A stretch of 64,000 nt of DNA, taken from positions 20,362 to 84,361 of IMG/VR virus record IMGVR_UViG_3300042319_001922, one strand, 5' to 3'. Under the pieces are notes generated by a model. That model searched no databases, was not told the origin of the DNA, and worked only from the letters and a program-made list of their open reading frames with translations. Source of the stretch: a virus. Shown in pieces: positions 36,309-46,616 of the stretch (position 1 is its first letter; each line of letters begins with the position of its first letter). A program made the position numbers and the translations under genes.

Positions 36309-36572
36309 TCAGCGGCTAAGATTCATAACACGAGCATCAAATTCCATAAAGCTGACTTCGAATGGCACAAAGACTTCTTTACCAACGCGGCCCTTGTCTT
36401 CGCTGTCACTCCAACTGTCCTTGGTGACTACAATCACAAAGCAGTCGTAACCTTTGTTGTCAATTTTTTCAACAACACCCTCAACAAAACAATCATCTCG
36501 GCCCAACATGGGTTTGAAATCGTATGCACGGATTGTGTCGCCAACTCGGGCAATATTTGCAAATTTCAGCAT
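36309..36572 (-). CDS. Hypothetical early protein
   Basis: VGDTIRAYDF...VEGVV; AAGGAG RBS after a repeated promoter. Confidence 0.7.
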   Translation of the reverse strand: MLKFANIARVGDTIRAYDFKPMLGRDDCFVEGVVEKIDNKGYDCFVIVVTKDSWSDSEDKGRVGKEVFVPFEVSFMEFDARVMNLSR

Positions 36573-36602
36573 CTTCAGCTCCTTTGTTTCTTACTATACT
36601 TG

Positions 36603-36661
36603 TATTATAGCAAATGGAGCATTTCTGGTCAACCAGAATTAGGTGTTGTATTTTTACAACA
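36603..36661 (-). promoter_or_regulatory. Repeated early promoter, copy 4, with upstream palindrome
   Basis: TTGACC-N17-TATAAT; TGTTGTA-N4-TACAACA at 36644-36661. Confidence 0.85.
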
Positions 36662-36714
36662 AAATTGTGTATTTTTATCCTAAAAAAGTAGTACTTTGTA
36701 TTACTTTTTAAAAA

Positions 36715-38721
36715 TCAAGTGCCCGGAAGCTGTGTGTCCATGTCAATGTTGGCGTCTTGTAGAGCCGCTAGATTGCGACCTTCTCGCAAGCTTGCAATTA
36801 TACATTGACCACTCAGCGTAGACATGTTGGCCAGTGCAGTCAAAACCTCGTTGGCCTGGCCTGGTTCAACTTCAGTTCCGTATTGATGCAACCCGCTGGC
36901 AAAACTCAGTCCTGATGAATTTGAACTTTGTGAACTATAAATTGTACCAAAGTTTATCAAAGCTTTTTGTTGATTGCTAGCTTCACGTGCCAATTCAGTA
37001 GTTATATCAGTCCAGGTAGTATTAGTAGAGCTCACTGTAGCTGGATTGGCATTTGCTATGTTTGCAATTGCAGAGTTTGCTGCCGGTATTAGTCCTGCAG
37101 AAAATGCATCATCTAAACTGCTATAGGTTCCGGCTGCTGGCCCAGTTGGAATTGTGATTGTGGTTGCTGGATCTGGATCATTGTAATCGCCGGCTTGGGT
37201 GTTGGCCATGTACTGGTAGACGCTTGACAAGGCAGCTGTGTTTGTGTTTGTGATTGAATTAGCCGCAGATGTAAATCCCAGGGTAAAAATTGAACTTGTT
37301 AACACTCCCAGGACATCAGTTAACAGCAGTGTTCCGCGAGGTCCCGAGCCGCTGCCTAGCCCAGATGTATATGTTGTTTTTACTGAATCTGGAACTGGAG
37401 TGGTCAGTGCATTCACAGCCGGCAAATCTGTATTGGTTTCTACCAGAGCCATTGCTTTAGAAAATGTTGGCAAAGTAGAATTGGTGATTCCTTTAATTTG
37501 CTGTAGTCCACGAGTGAAGGCCTTGGCAGCTAGAGCCTGGTCAGGTGGTATCACAAACTTCATCACTTGGTAACTGTCTTGATTGTTGGGACCAGTGTAG
37601 GCTTGAACAATGCTGTTGTCAACTACTGGTATTAGATCTGAATTGACTGTGTTGTTGGCTAGATATACCGGCAGTAACACATCGTTATTGGGGCATACTA
37701 GTGTGCGATAACTACCGGGCAAAATGTAAACCAGATTCAACAACTGTGCCATATTGGTTAACCCAGTTGTGGTCACTCCTAGCAATGCGAGCATCTGATC
37801 CAGTGCGCTTCCAACAATTTTTTCCATTGCTGAATATGCCAACTTCTCCTCGCTAGGGCTCAATGGATTTACACCGGATGCCAATAACAATATTTGAGAT
37901 TCAGAAATACCAGCGCCAATCAATAAAACCGCAATTGATGGTGGAATGCCACCGCATGTTTTACCCACCTGTGCCAACAGTGTGCCAGGCAAGCCAAAAC
38001 TGTTGAGTGCTGTTAAATCTATCAATTTTCCTAGTTTGATTAGGTCAGCTGACAGTGCCACTAGATCAGTGCTTACTTGATTGAGTGCCCCAGTGGTCAA
38101 TGTTGTCATTCCGCCCTTGGCCACATCAAATGTTGTGACCAATATATCACTATTGTTTACAGCATTTATGTTGTAATTGGATTGTGAAACATATCCCTGG
38201 GCACCACTAAACACCTGACAGAACACATCAAGGTCGCCATTGCCCAACAAGGCATTTGCATCTGTTGTTACTATGCCTGGCAGAGAGTAAACATCAATGT
38301 TGATATCCCAGAAAGCTGAATTTGCAGTTGGTGTTTCATCTTGCGATTCAGCAGTTGCCACAAACACATTGCCAGTATAGGACACTGTATTTCCAACTAC
38401 ATATTTTACAGTATTATCGTATCCAAGATACAATCCATTGACCACTAGACTCAGCAGTGGGGTAGAGGATGGTACCACACCAGTGACTGCCGGAAAATTA
38501 TTGGCGCCCATGGTCAACAAAGATACAAATGTGGATTGTGTTAGAGAATTGCCAACATTGCCCCAGATGCCTTGCAATTGCGAAATAATCGGCACACTGG
38601 TGTATGCGCTGACAGCATTGGCAAGTGCTGTGGGAATGGCCAATGCAACTCCCACATCAGCCGGGGGGTTAGGCAAGAGGCCGGCCCCTGCAATAGTCAT
38701 AACTGGAGATAATACAGACAC
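36715..38721 (-). CDS. Probable baseplate/tail-associated structural protein
   Basis: 668 aa, A/S/T/N/G-rich, directly downstream of PAAR. A short YDNTVKYVVGNTVSYTGNVF..W segment resembles a carbohydrate-binding module. Confidence 0.55.
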   Translation of the reverse strand: MSVLSPVMTIAGAGLLPNPPADVGVALAIPTALANAVSAYTSVPIISQLQGIWGNVGNSLTQSTFVSLLTMGANNFPAVTGVVPSSTPLLSLVVNGLYLGYDNTVKYVVGNTVSYTGNVFVATAESQDETPTANSAFWDINIDVYSLPGIVTTDANALLGNGDLDVFCQVFSGAQGYVSQSNYNINAVNNSDILVTTFDVAKGGMTTLTTGALNQVSTDLVALSADLIKLGKLIDLTALNSFGLPGTLLAQVGKTCGGIPPSIAVLLIGAGISESQILLLASGVNPLSPSEEKLAYSAMEKIVGSALDQMLALLGVTTTGLTNMAQLLNLVYILPGSYRTLVCPNNDVLLPVYLANNTVNSDLIPVVDNSIVQAYTGPNNQDSYQVMKFVIPPDQALAAKAFTRGLQQIKGITNSTLPTFSKAMALVETNTDLPAVNALTTPVPDSVKTTYTSGLGSGSGPRGTLLLTDVLGVLTSSIFTLGFTSAANSITNTNTAALSSVYQYMANTQAGDYNDPDPATTITIPTGPAAGTYSSLDDAFSAGLIPAANSAIANIANANPATVSSTNTTWTDITTELAREASNQQKALINFGTIYSSQSSNSSGLSFASGLHQYGTEVEPGQANEVLTALANMSTLSGQCIIASLREGRNLAALQDANIDMDTQLPGT

Positions 38722-38724
38722 TAG

Positions 38725-39015
38725 TTATCCACCAATAAAGGTATTAAAGCTACCAGATGCAATGGCTGTGCACATCAGCAACTTGTCTCCAAGTCTGGCA
38801 GCCGGCCTGCCTTCAATAAACACTGTTGCACTGCCGGATATGATAGATGCAGTGTGAGGACGACATCTTCTAGCAGGTTGAAGATGAGGTGTTACACTGT
38901 CACCAAGTCTGGCTGCTGGTCTGCCATTGATAAGGACAGTTGTTGCCCCTGTCATAATAGACATTGGGCTACAGTGCGGAATGCACGAATCGCCTAATCT
39001 TGCTGCTGGACGCAT
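38725..39015 (-). CDS. PAAR-repeat spike tip protein (T4 gp5.4-like)
   Basis: Three PAARLGD repeats. Confidence 0.95.
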   Translation of the reverse strand: MRPAARLGDSCIPHCSPMSIMTGATTVLINGRPAARLGDSVTPHLQPARRCRPHTASIISGSATVFIEGRPAARLGDKLLMCTAIASGSFNTFIGG

Positions 39016-39206
39016 GTGGCTCTCTCCAATAATTGTTCAAACTTACTATTCCACGAATCAATTTCTTCGTGTTGTTCATGAGTATGCGGTCCAGGGGGTA
39101 TTTCGGGCAAAAATGCAACCAGGTGTTCAAACACCTGCGGTACATCGTCATACCTGGTGTAGGTACAGAGTTTGCCATTTAAAATAATGTCAAACCGGTG
39201 TGCCAT
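38994..39206 (-). CDS. Small hypothetical protein next to PAAR
   Basis: FLPEIPPGPHTHEQHEEI. Confidence 0.7.
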   Translation of the reverse strand: MAHRFDIILNGKLCTYTRYDDVPQVFEHLVAFLPEIPPGPHTHEQHEEIDSWNSKFEQLLERATCVQQQD

Positions 39207-39207
39207 T

Positions 39208-39504
39208 TTAACCAGTTAATATTTGTTTGCCCACGGCAATTCCTGTTGTGGCTTGAATATAGCTATTGGCCACATCCTCACGAGTTTCGGCCACCATGGC
39301 CCAACTAGAATTATTTAGCCTTACAGTTTTGTCAATATTTGAGCTAAACAAGCTGGGCATCATTTGTAGACCCTGTGGACTAACAACACAGCAAATTGGC
39401 TGCTTGATCATCATGTAAGTGTCGTGAAGTTCTATAATTTTGGCAACAATTTCTTCGCCAGTGATAAGTTTGAAAGTGTAAATTTCATTGCATGCAGGTG
39501 TCAT
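39208..39504 (-). CDS. Sm-like fold phage protein
   Basis: FKLITGEEIVAK...YIQATTGI pattern of T4-like phage Sm-like proteins. Confidence 0.65.
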   Translation of the reverse strand: MTPACNEIYTFKLITGEEIVAKIIELHDTYMMIKQPICCVVSPQGLQMMPSLFSSNIDKTVRLNNSSWAMVAETREDVANSYIQATTGIAVGKQILTG

Positions 39505-39764
39505 GGTGTTCCTAAGTTAGAGTTTAAACGTGCTTGAAGTTCATCAACGCTAAGTTTACTTAACCCCTCAAAGCCACCCTCAACAAATAATTTGCCGTCT
39601 TTGTAAATTTGAGGCACAGTTCGATGTCCTGCACCCACAATAAATTCACGAGCATCACTGTCCTCGTCAATTTTAATTTCTTCAAACGCAATGCCTTTTT
39701 GATCTAATAGATATTTTGCCTTGACGCAAAAAGGACAATTATTTTTACTGTAAACTGTTAACAT
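39501..39764 (-). CDS. Glutaredoxin
   Basis: CPFC, RTVPQI, GGF; follows nrdB. Confidence 0.95.
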   Translation of the reverse strand: MLTVYSKNNCPFCVKAKYLLDQKGIAFEEIKIDEDSDAREFIVGAGHRTVPQIYKDGKLFVEGGFEGLSKLSVDELQARLNSNLGTP

Positions 39765-40891
39765 TATAAACTAAATCCTGTAAATGTATTGCTATCCACA
39801 TCTTGTTTGGTACCACCAATGATGTAGCTGGAAATTTCTGTTTCTTGTGGAGCCACTTGTACATCTGCTCCTGCGATCCATTTGGCTGTCCACGGTAATG
39901 GGTTTGAGCCGGTCTTGACTGTGGTTGGGAGACCAATTGCAGTCATGCGTTTGTGTGCAATCCAATCCACGTAGTCGCACAACAACTGTTTGTTGAGTCC
40001 AATCATGGACCCATCTTTAAACAAGTATTCAGCCCATTTTTTCTCCTGGGCCACAGCACCATTGAACATTGCTACCAACTCATCTCGAGTTTCTTCCTTG
40101 ATTCGAGCAAAATCAGGATCATCAGATGGCAATAGTTTGATCAGTGTCTGTGTACTAGCCAAGTGCACATTTTCATCACGTGCAATCAATTTGATAATCT
40201 TGGCGTTGCCTTCCATTTTTTTCAATTCAGCAAATGCCCATGAGCAAGCAAACGACACATAAAATCTTATACCTTCAAGAGCGTTGACAGAATTTATTGC
40301 CAACCACAACTTTTTCTTGAGATCATACAAGTTGACGACAATTTCCTTTCCGTTGACCTTGTGGGTTCCTTCGCCTAAGGTTTGATACCACAGACTGGAT
40401 TCAATTAGTGAATCATAATATTTGGTGATATCAATGGCACACTCTGAAATTTCTTCAATGTCCAACATCTCATCAAAGATTTTGCTTGGGTCACTGTACA
40501 CATTGCGAATAATGTGTGTGTAACTACGACTATGAATTGTTTCGTTAAACGTCCATGTTGTGATCCATGTTTCTAACTCGGGTATGGATACCAGTGGTCC
40601 AAATGCTAAATTGGGACTGCGGCCTTGAACACTGTCTAGCAGTATCTGTCGTTTTAGATTGCTGGTAAAAATGTGTTGTTCAAAATCTGTCAAGTCCTTG
40701 AAGTCCTTGGCATCACGCAACACATCTACTTCTTCTGGTCGCCAAAAAAACCCCAACTGCTTGTCAGTCAGTTTGTCAAATTGTCGATATTTAAGTGTGT
40801 CAAATCGTTGCATACCAACTGACCCTTGTGGGTCAAGGAAAGCAAGACTGGTGGTATGATCGCGATTTTTCCGTAAATTTAATGTGCTCAT
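39764..40891 (-). CDS. nrdB: Class Ia ribonucleotide reductase beta subunit
   Basis: FFWRPEEVD, LDSVQGR, ETIHSRSY, LEGIRFYVSF, RDENVH, VAPQETEISSY. Confidence 0.98.
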   Translation of the reverse strand: MSTLNLRKNRDHTTSLAFLDPQGSVGMQRFDTLKYRQFDKLTDKQLGFFWRPEEVDVLRDAKDFKDLTDFEQHIFTSNLKRQILLDSVQGRSPNLAFGPLVSIPELETWITTWTFNETIHSRSYTHIIRNVYSDPSKIFDEMLDIEEISECAIDITKYYDSLIESSLWYQTLGEGTHKVNGKEIVVNLYDLKKKLWLAINSVNALEGIRFYVSFACSWAFAELKKMEGNAKIIKLIARDENVHLASTQTLIKLLPSDDPDFARIKEETRDELVAMFNGAVAQEKKWAEYLFKDGSMIGLNKQLLCDYVDWIAHKRMTAIGLPTTVKTGSNPLPWTAKWIAGADVQVAPQETEISSYIIGGTKQDVDSNTFTGFSL

Positions 40892-40902
40892 TTTTATCTT
40901 TC

Positions 40903-43215
40903 TTAAATCTTGCAACTGTCACAGTCTGCATCATCTGCCAGAGTGTTATCAACTGATTCTGATAGAACAGCGCGACCAGTCATGCGATCAATGTCAATCT
41001 CGCCCTGTCCATCATATGTGTTAAAGTAATACAACTGTTTGCCACCGTATTTGTAAAAAGTAATCACGTGCTTTAGCATTTCACTCATTGGTATCTTTTC
41101 ATCCTCGTAGAATTGAGGATTGTAGCTGGTGTTTACGCTGATGCCCTGGTCGATATATTTTTGCAAAATTGCCATGATGTTCAAGTAGCCTTCGGGGCTT
41201 TTTTGATCCCACAACAACTCGTACTTGTTTTTTAGTCTTCTATACTCTGGCACCACTTGTTTTAACACACCATCCTTGCTTTGTTTGATTGATACATAGC
41301 TACGGGGAGGCTCGATACCATTGGTACTGTTGCTAATTTGTGCGCTGGTCTCAGCTGGCATCAGAGCCATTAGTGTGCTGTTTCGAATCCCTGTTCGGCG
41401 CAATTGTTCGCGGAGACCTTCCCAATCCACACAATCAGTATGCGGTAACAACTCATCAACTTCTTGCTTGTACGTGTCAACTGGCAACACGCCATCATGA
41501 TATTTTGTTTCGTTGCTCTTGGGACATGCACCAAATTCTGCTGCCAGGTCAGCACTGGCCTTGATCAAATAATAACTCCAGTGCTGGGCCCAACGATCTA
41601 CTTCAGCTAGAGATGCAGGATTGCTGTAACTTAGATCATGCTTGGCCAACCAGTAAGCAAAGTTAATAATACCAACGCCAAGTGGCCTACGTGCTTCGGT
41701 GGCCATCTGTGCTGCCAGAATTGGATAATGTTGATAACTCAACAGTGCATCAAGACCGCGCACTGCTAGATTGCAGGCCTTTTGCATGTCCTCGGGATTA
41801 CGAAACACACCCCAATTCAATGCACTAAGAGTACACAATGCAATTTCACCATCGGTGTCATTGACATCATTTAACGGCTTGGTTGGCAGTGTGATTTCAC
41901 AGCAGAGATTGCTCATTTTAACTGGTGCCAAATCAGACTTGAAGCTGCTGTGAGTGTTGGCATGATCAACGTTTTGTAAATATACTCGTCCGGTATCCTT
42001 GCGCTCTTGCATGAAAGTAGTAAACAGATCAATTGCCTTGAGTTTTTTCTTTCTTAGCTTGGTACTGCGTTCAGCTGACTCGTACAATTCACGGAATCGA
42101 TCTTGATCGTTAAAAAATGCTTCGTACATTTCTGGCACATCATGTGGGCTGAACAATGTGATATCTCCACCTGACAGCAAGCGTTCGTACATTAACTTGT
42201 TGAACTGCACACCGTAATCCATGTGGCGCACACGATTATCTTCTGTACCTTTGTTGTTTTTTAACACCATCAAGTCTTCAACTTCAAGGTGCCATATGGG
42301 ATAATACATGGTGGCAGCACCGTTACGAACCCCACCCTGACTGCAACTACGAGTGGCGGCTTGGAACATCTTGTAAAAAGGAACCACGCCAGTGTGATAA
42401 GCATCGCCGTTGCGTATGGGACTTCCAAGTGCTCGGATGCGCCCGCCCCCGATGCCAATGCCGGCTTTTTGGCTCACATACTTGACAATGCTAGAAGTTG
42501 TGGCATTGATGCTGTCTAGGCTATCACCAGTTTCAATCAACACACATGAACTGAATTGACGTTGCGGAGTTCGCACACCTGCCATGACTGGAGTTGGTAA
42601 ACTGATTTGATGTGTGCTAATTGCATCGTAATAGTCTCTGACGTAGGCCAAGCGGGTGCTGGCTGGATACTTACTGAACAATGTGGCAGCAATCAACACA
42701 TACGCCACTTGTGGGGTTTCGTATATGGTTTTGGTAACACGATTTTGCACCAGGTACTTGCCACGGAATTGTTCCATGGCAGCATAGGTAAGATTTTCGT
42801 CACGTTCGTGGCGTACAAAACTATTGATGCGATCCCACTCGTCTGCTGAGTAAGTGGTCAATAGTTCAGCATCGTAGAACCCACGCTCAACATTGAGCTT
42901 GACCAGTTCATGCAAATGGCATGGAGTGAATGTGTTGTACACTTGTTTGCGTATGTGATAGCAAATCAAGCGGCCAGCAACATACTGATAATTTGGAGTA
43001 TCCTCGCTGATTAGATCAGCTGCACTTTTGATCAAGGTCTCTTGAATGTTTGCAGTTGGGATACCATTATAAAATTGCAGTTGGCTTTTGATTTCAACTT
43101 CAGATGCTGATACTCCTGTGATTCCTTGTGTGGCCCAAAATACCACTTTATGTAATTTTTCAATGTTTAATGGCTCGCGATTGCCGTTGCGTTTTTGTAC
43201 TTGTGTTTGTGTCAT
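40903..43215 (-). CDS. nrdA: Class Ia ribonucleotide reductase alpha subunit
   Basis: ATP cone, FSSCVLI, SQGGVRNG, SNLCCEI, LMPAETS, C-terminal CDSCKI. Confidence 0.98.
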   Translation of the reverse strand: MTQTQVQKRNGNREPLNIEKLHKVVFWATQGITGVSASEVEIKSQLQFYNGIPTANIQETLIKSAADLISEDTPNYQYVAGRLICYHIRKQVYNTFTPCHLHELVKLNVERGFYDAELLTTYSADEWDRINSFVRHERDENLTYAAMEQFRGKYLVQNRVTKTIYETPQVAYVLIAATLFSKYPASTRLAYVRDYYDAISTHQISLPTPVMAGVRTPQRQFSSCVLIETGDSLDSINATTSSIVKYVSQKAGIGIGGGRIRALGSPIRNGDAYHTGVVPFYKMFQAATRSCSQGGVRNGAATMYYPIWHLEVEDLMVLKNNKGTEDNRVRHMDYGVQFNKLMYERLLSGGDITLFSPHDVPEMYEAFFNDQDRFRELYESAERSTKLRKKKLKAIDLFTTFMQERKDTGRVYLQNVDHANTHSSFKSDLAPVKMSNLCCEITLPTKPLNDVNDTDGEIALCTLSALNWGVFRNPEDMQKACNLAVRGLDALLSYQHYPILAAQMATEARRPLGVGIINFAYWLAKHDLSYSNPASLAEVDRWAQHWSYYLIKASADLAAEFGACPKSNETKYHDGVLPVDTYKQEVDELLPHTDCVDWEGLREQLRRTGIRNSTLMALMPAETSAQISNSTNGIEPPRSYVSIKQSKDGVLKQVVPEYRRLKNKYELLWDQKSPEGYLNIMAILQKYIDQGISVNTSYNPQFYEDEKIPMSEMLKHVITFYKYGGKQLYYFNTYDGQGEIDIDRMTGRAVLSESVDNTLADDADCDSCKI

Positions 43216-43219
43216 TTAT

Positions 43220-43645
43220 TCAGCCTAGATGTTGATGTAAAATTGAACTATCCAGCTGGCGTTGGATGGTGAGTTGTGTGGATTCGATATTTAACACTAC
43301 CCTGGGTGCCCAATTCATTATATATTTCCCATGTTCAATTAGGACTAAATTATCAGTTTTTGTTTGAACAAGTGATGCGTGTATGTCTGTTAGGTTGTTA
43401 ATCATCAACATAGTATACAGCATTCCAAGCCCGCGAGCAAGCTCACAATAGGTGTTGTCGGCCAATAGATCCCAGGGGCCGGGCCAGTTTTTGACCTCGT
43501 CCCATTTTAAATGTCTAGCAACTATTGGTACGCGAAACCACCAGTCATTGATCACTGCCACTTGAGTTGCAATGTCAGCGGTGGCAAGATTAGTACGCAG
43601 TTGGTGCCAATCTGCCAACTGTTCTTCAAACGTGTTTGGCCACAT
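43220..43645 (-). CDS. Hypothetical protein (possibly transglutaminase-like)
   Basis: WPGPWDLLADNTYCELARGL resembles the W-x-TP-x-E...GDC pattern of BTLCP proteins; weak. Confidence 0.5.
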   Translation of the reverse strand: MWPNTFEEQLADWHQLRTNLATADIATQVAVINDWWFRVPIVARHLKWDEVKNWPGPWDLLADNTYCELARGLGMLYTMLMINNLTDIHASLVQTKTDNLVLIEHGKYIMNWAPRVVLNIESTQLTIQRQLDSSILHQHLG

Positions 43646-45201
43646 TAGGATAGGTGTGAAATAGAGTAAGTTAAAGTTCCGTCTACACCAGTGTTAGATG
43701 ATGTAAACAACACCGATATCTGATTTCCAGCTTGTGTAGCCGACAAAGTGATGCCGGTGCTAGAATTTTCAGTATAGTCGTCGTTGTAATTACCACCGTT
43801 GCCGGTCACGGTCAAAATACCGTAACGAATATTGCTGTCGCGTTGAATAGAGTACTGCATTTGAAACGCCTTGGTATACAATTGATTAACAGATAAAATA
43901 GTCTGATTGACCACGTTGTTGACCAATGTGACTGTTTTACCTGTTTCTCTAGTGTATGCTCCCATCTGCAACTGAGTGCCACCCGACATGGTCTGCCCAG
44001 CTGTAATAATTTCTATTCGGGGGATTGTGTAGGCATCTGCATCTGATCTAGTGAACAAGTCATGCACCGACACATTGTTGTCATTGTTAAAGGTAATAAC
44101 CGGTGATATTGGACCAGTGTTGCTGATACCAAAGCCTACATTGTTAAACGCATTATACGCCGACACGTTGAGATTGATATCTCCATATGAAATTGCTTCT
44201 GCGTAGATATTGTCAAACACATTGTGTAGTGCACGGAAGTTGCTGGGGTTGACGTCTAGTACAATGCCTTGATATAATATGTTAAACAAACTGTTGGACA
44301 CAGTGATTCCGTACATGCCTGCGGTGGTGTTAAATGCATAAGTGGTATTAGTAAATCCGCATTTGTCAAATGTAATGTCAGTACAGGTTAACACTCCGTC
44401 GCTGGCGAATCTCACCGCAGCATTGTTTGGTAATGGGGTAATTCCTGAGTTCTCAACGTCTGTCAAGGACAAGGCACCAACAAAATACACACTGTCAAAC
44501 CAACACTGCGATGCGCGATCAACTAGGAAAACATCAGTTGATTCAGCTGATTGAAAAGTCATTGAATTTATCTCAATGTGCTTTGGCGGCGTTGCTCCGT
44601 TGGTGCCAATGTTTACCCCAGTCTGTTGTAAACTATCACCATACTGTGCCACATACGCAGGTACACTGCTGTCTTGTGTGTCTAAATAAATGATTGAACA
44701 GTCGGCGCCTTCACCAATTAGTTTGGCATAGGTAGGAATTACAATGGGTGAACTGGTTCTATAAGTACCGGCTGGGAAAAACAAACTTCGACGAATCTGC
44801 GTATTGGTCTCTCGGCAATACAATTGAAACAAGGCTCGGTTGATTGCCGCAGTGTCATCAGCTAGTCCGTCACCAATAGCACCAAAATCTCGCACACTAG
44901 CATAGTCATCCAGCGTGGCTTGTAGTGTACGCACAATCGGGCTTGATGGTGACTCGCCGGTTTGAGCCTCGTATCCCACTGCTATGTCTTTGTAGGTGTA
45001 ATTGGTGAGAACTGTGATGTCTGAGAATTCAGTCAGTACCTCGGTGTTGCCAATAACCGGGGCACCATCTTGTAAGGTACCGTTACCAATGAATAGCTGG
45101 CGTGTGTCTAGGCACCAGCCCAATTCAGCGCCGGCCAACTGCGGCAGGTCTTCGGAGTACCCTTTTCTTTGCGTAATCTGGGAGATTTGTACTATAGCCA
45201 C
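43645..45201 (-). CDS. Virion fibre/spike protein with beta-helix (pectate-lyase-3-like) region
   Basis: LAGAELGW...IGNG N-terminus; SVRDFGAIGDGLADDTAAINRA...FFPAGTY. Confidence 0.8.
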   Translation of the reverse strand: MAIVQISQITQRKGYSEDLPQLAGAELGWCLDTRQLFIGNGTLQDGAPVIGNTEVLTEFSDITVLTNYTYKDIAVGYEAQTGESPSSPIVRTLQATLDDYASVRDFGAIGDGLADDTAAINRALFQLYCRETNTQIRRSLFFPAGTYRTSSPIVIPTYAKLIGEGADCSIIYLDTQDSSVPAYVAQYGDSLQQTGVNIGTNGATPPKHIEINSMTFQSAESTDVFLVDRASQCWFDSVYFVGALSLTDVENSGITPLPNNAAVRFASDGVLTCTDITFDKCGFTNTTYAFNTTAGMYGITVSNSLFNILYQGIVLDVNPSNFRALHNVFDNIYAEAISYGDINLNVSAYNAFNNVGFGISNTGPISPVITFNNDNNVSVHDLFTRSDADAYTIPRIEIITAGQTMSGGTQLQMGAYTRETGKTVTLVNNVVNQTILSVNQLYTKAFQMQYSIQRDSNIRYGILTVTGNGGNYNDDYTENSSTGITLSATQAGNQISVLFTSSNTGVDGTLTYSISHLS

Positions 45202-45226
45202 TTGGAATTCCTCTATTTGTCAGTAT

Positions 45227-45937
45227 TTAGCTGACCAAGTAATACATTTCAACCCGTTTGAGCCACTCGTTATGCCAGTGTGCAAATTCATCGTCTTTGA
45301 TCACATACTCTGTATACACAGGTTTATCCAGTGATCCGTCGGGTAACTCAGCTGGCTGCATGGCCATCATGATCACCCCTGTTTTTATGTCTGTGCCATG
45401 AGTGTGATTGTGTGCGGCTGCATAGGCTGCAAGTTGAATAAAATAGTCGTCAATCCACTCACGTTTTTTGGGCTTGTTTGTTTGCTTAAAATCAATAATT
45501 GCAGGTTGCCCTTTCCAAATACCAAGGCAGTCTGTTGTGCCAGCGTAAAGCCCACTGTAGTACACAGGAACTTCTACTCCCCAAAATTCATCCACATTGC
45601 ACAAGCCTTGTAGAATAACTTCTGCGGCCATGAACCAACTGGGATGAGCAAAGGGATTACCAGGCAAGGGCTTCATATCTGTTTGCAATGCATAGTGCTC
45701 AAGATAAGCATGCATTCGTGTGCCTCGGCTGGCTGCTTCTGTGGTAATTTCTTGCGCCTTGACTTCGCCTACTCTCTTTTTCCAGTTAGCAAGAGCTTGA
45801 CGTTTTTCCTCAGGCTTGGTGCGATCTAGGATGGTAGTAACGCTGGGCACTTTAGAACCGTCAGGCAAACAATAGTGTCGCTTTCCTTCAACAGTTGTTC
45901 GATTAAGCGGTGCATAGTTATATCTTGTGTTGATCAT
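45227..45937 (-). CDS. PD-(D/E)XK exonuclease
   Basis: PSVTTIL, RGTRMH, YAGTTD, IIDFKQT, QLAAYA. Confidence 0.9.
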   Translation of the reverse strand: MINTRYNYAPLNRTTVEGKRHYCLPDGSKVPSVTTILDRTKPEEKRQALANWKKRVGEVKAQEITTEAASRGTRMHAYLEHYALQTDMKPLPGNPFAHPSWFMAAEVILQGLCNVDEFWGVEVPVYYSGLYAGTTDCLGIWKGQPAIIDFKQTNKPKKREWIDDYFIQLAAYAAAHNHTHGTDIKTGVIMMAMQPAELPDGSLDKPVYTEYVIKDDEFAHWHNEWLKRVEMYYLVS

Positions 45938-46616
45938 ATTTTTTTAAAAAAGTTCTGGCCATTTCAGCATGCCATTGTGGTCCCGGGTGGTCGTCTCGTC
46001 CTTGGTCATGAATGCTCATGTCAAAGTCATGTATGTTGTGTTCGTAGACTGTGTAATTATTAACTGTGGCAAGTAGTCCTACCATGGCACGATTTCTCTG
46101 TCGTATGTTATTAAAATTTTCATCTGTTAACATTGTTGGAGTGTATCCATTTTGCACATGTGGATACACTGTTGCTATTTTTAATTCTTGATATTGTTCG
46201 TACCTGTAGATATCTGTCCATAGCACAAATACAATGCTGGGAGTGATTACTCCACTGATATTGTATAATGTGCGAGCAACTGCATCACCTGAGCTTCCGC
46301 CAACCCCAAAATTATAAACTACGTGTTGTGGGAAATTCTTTTCAATCTGTGCAACCCAACTGTCTTCGTAGTTTATTCCTATTGCTTCAGTAAAGCTACA
46401 TCCTATGCAAATAATACTTGGAATTGAATTGGTTAGGTCAAACTCTCTAGTACGATATCCATAGCTGTTGTATTTGTAAACAATGGAGGTTTTGGTGTAT
46501 CCAGGCTTGGGAGATTTTTTAAAGTTTTCCTCAGTATCAGTTCCAGACCAAAACAAAGTGGCACCGCACCTAGAAGATATTTTGGGTATATATCCGCGTT
46601 GCCAGTAATTGTTCAT
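45918..46616 (-). CDS. SGNH/GDSL-like protein
   Basis: YNSYGYR, IGCSFT, NFGVGGSS, DDHPG. Confidence 0.65.
   Translation of the reverse strand: MNNYWQRGYIPKISSRCGATLFWSGTDTEENFKKSPKPGYTKTSIVYKYNSYGYRTREFDLTNSIPSIICIGCSFTEAIGINYEDSWVAQIEKNFPQHVVYNFGVGGSSGDAVARTLYNISGVITPSIVFVLWTDIYRYEQYQELKIATVYPHVQNGYTPTMLTDENFNNIRQRNRAMVGLLATVNNYTVYEHNIHDFDMSIHDQGRDDHPGPQWHAEMARTFLKKYDQHKI

Noticed and set aside
38725-39015. Type VI secretion system
   Set aside because: No other T6SS genes are present; PAAR is also the spike tip of contractile phage tails.
39764-43215. Introns or inteins in nrdA/nrdB
   Set aside because: Both ORFs are continuous and of normal length for class Ia subunits.
45227-45937. Cas4 / CRISPR adaptation gene
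   Set aside because: PD-(D/E)XK motifs are present but the Cas4 Fe-S cysteines are not; this is the common phage exonuclease type.
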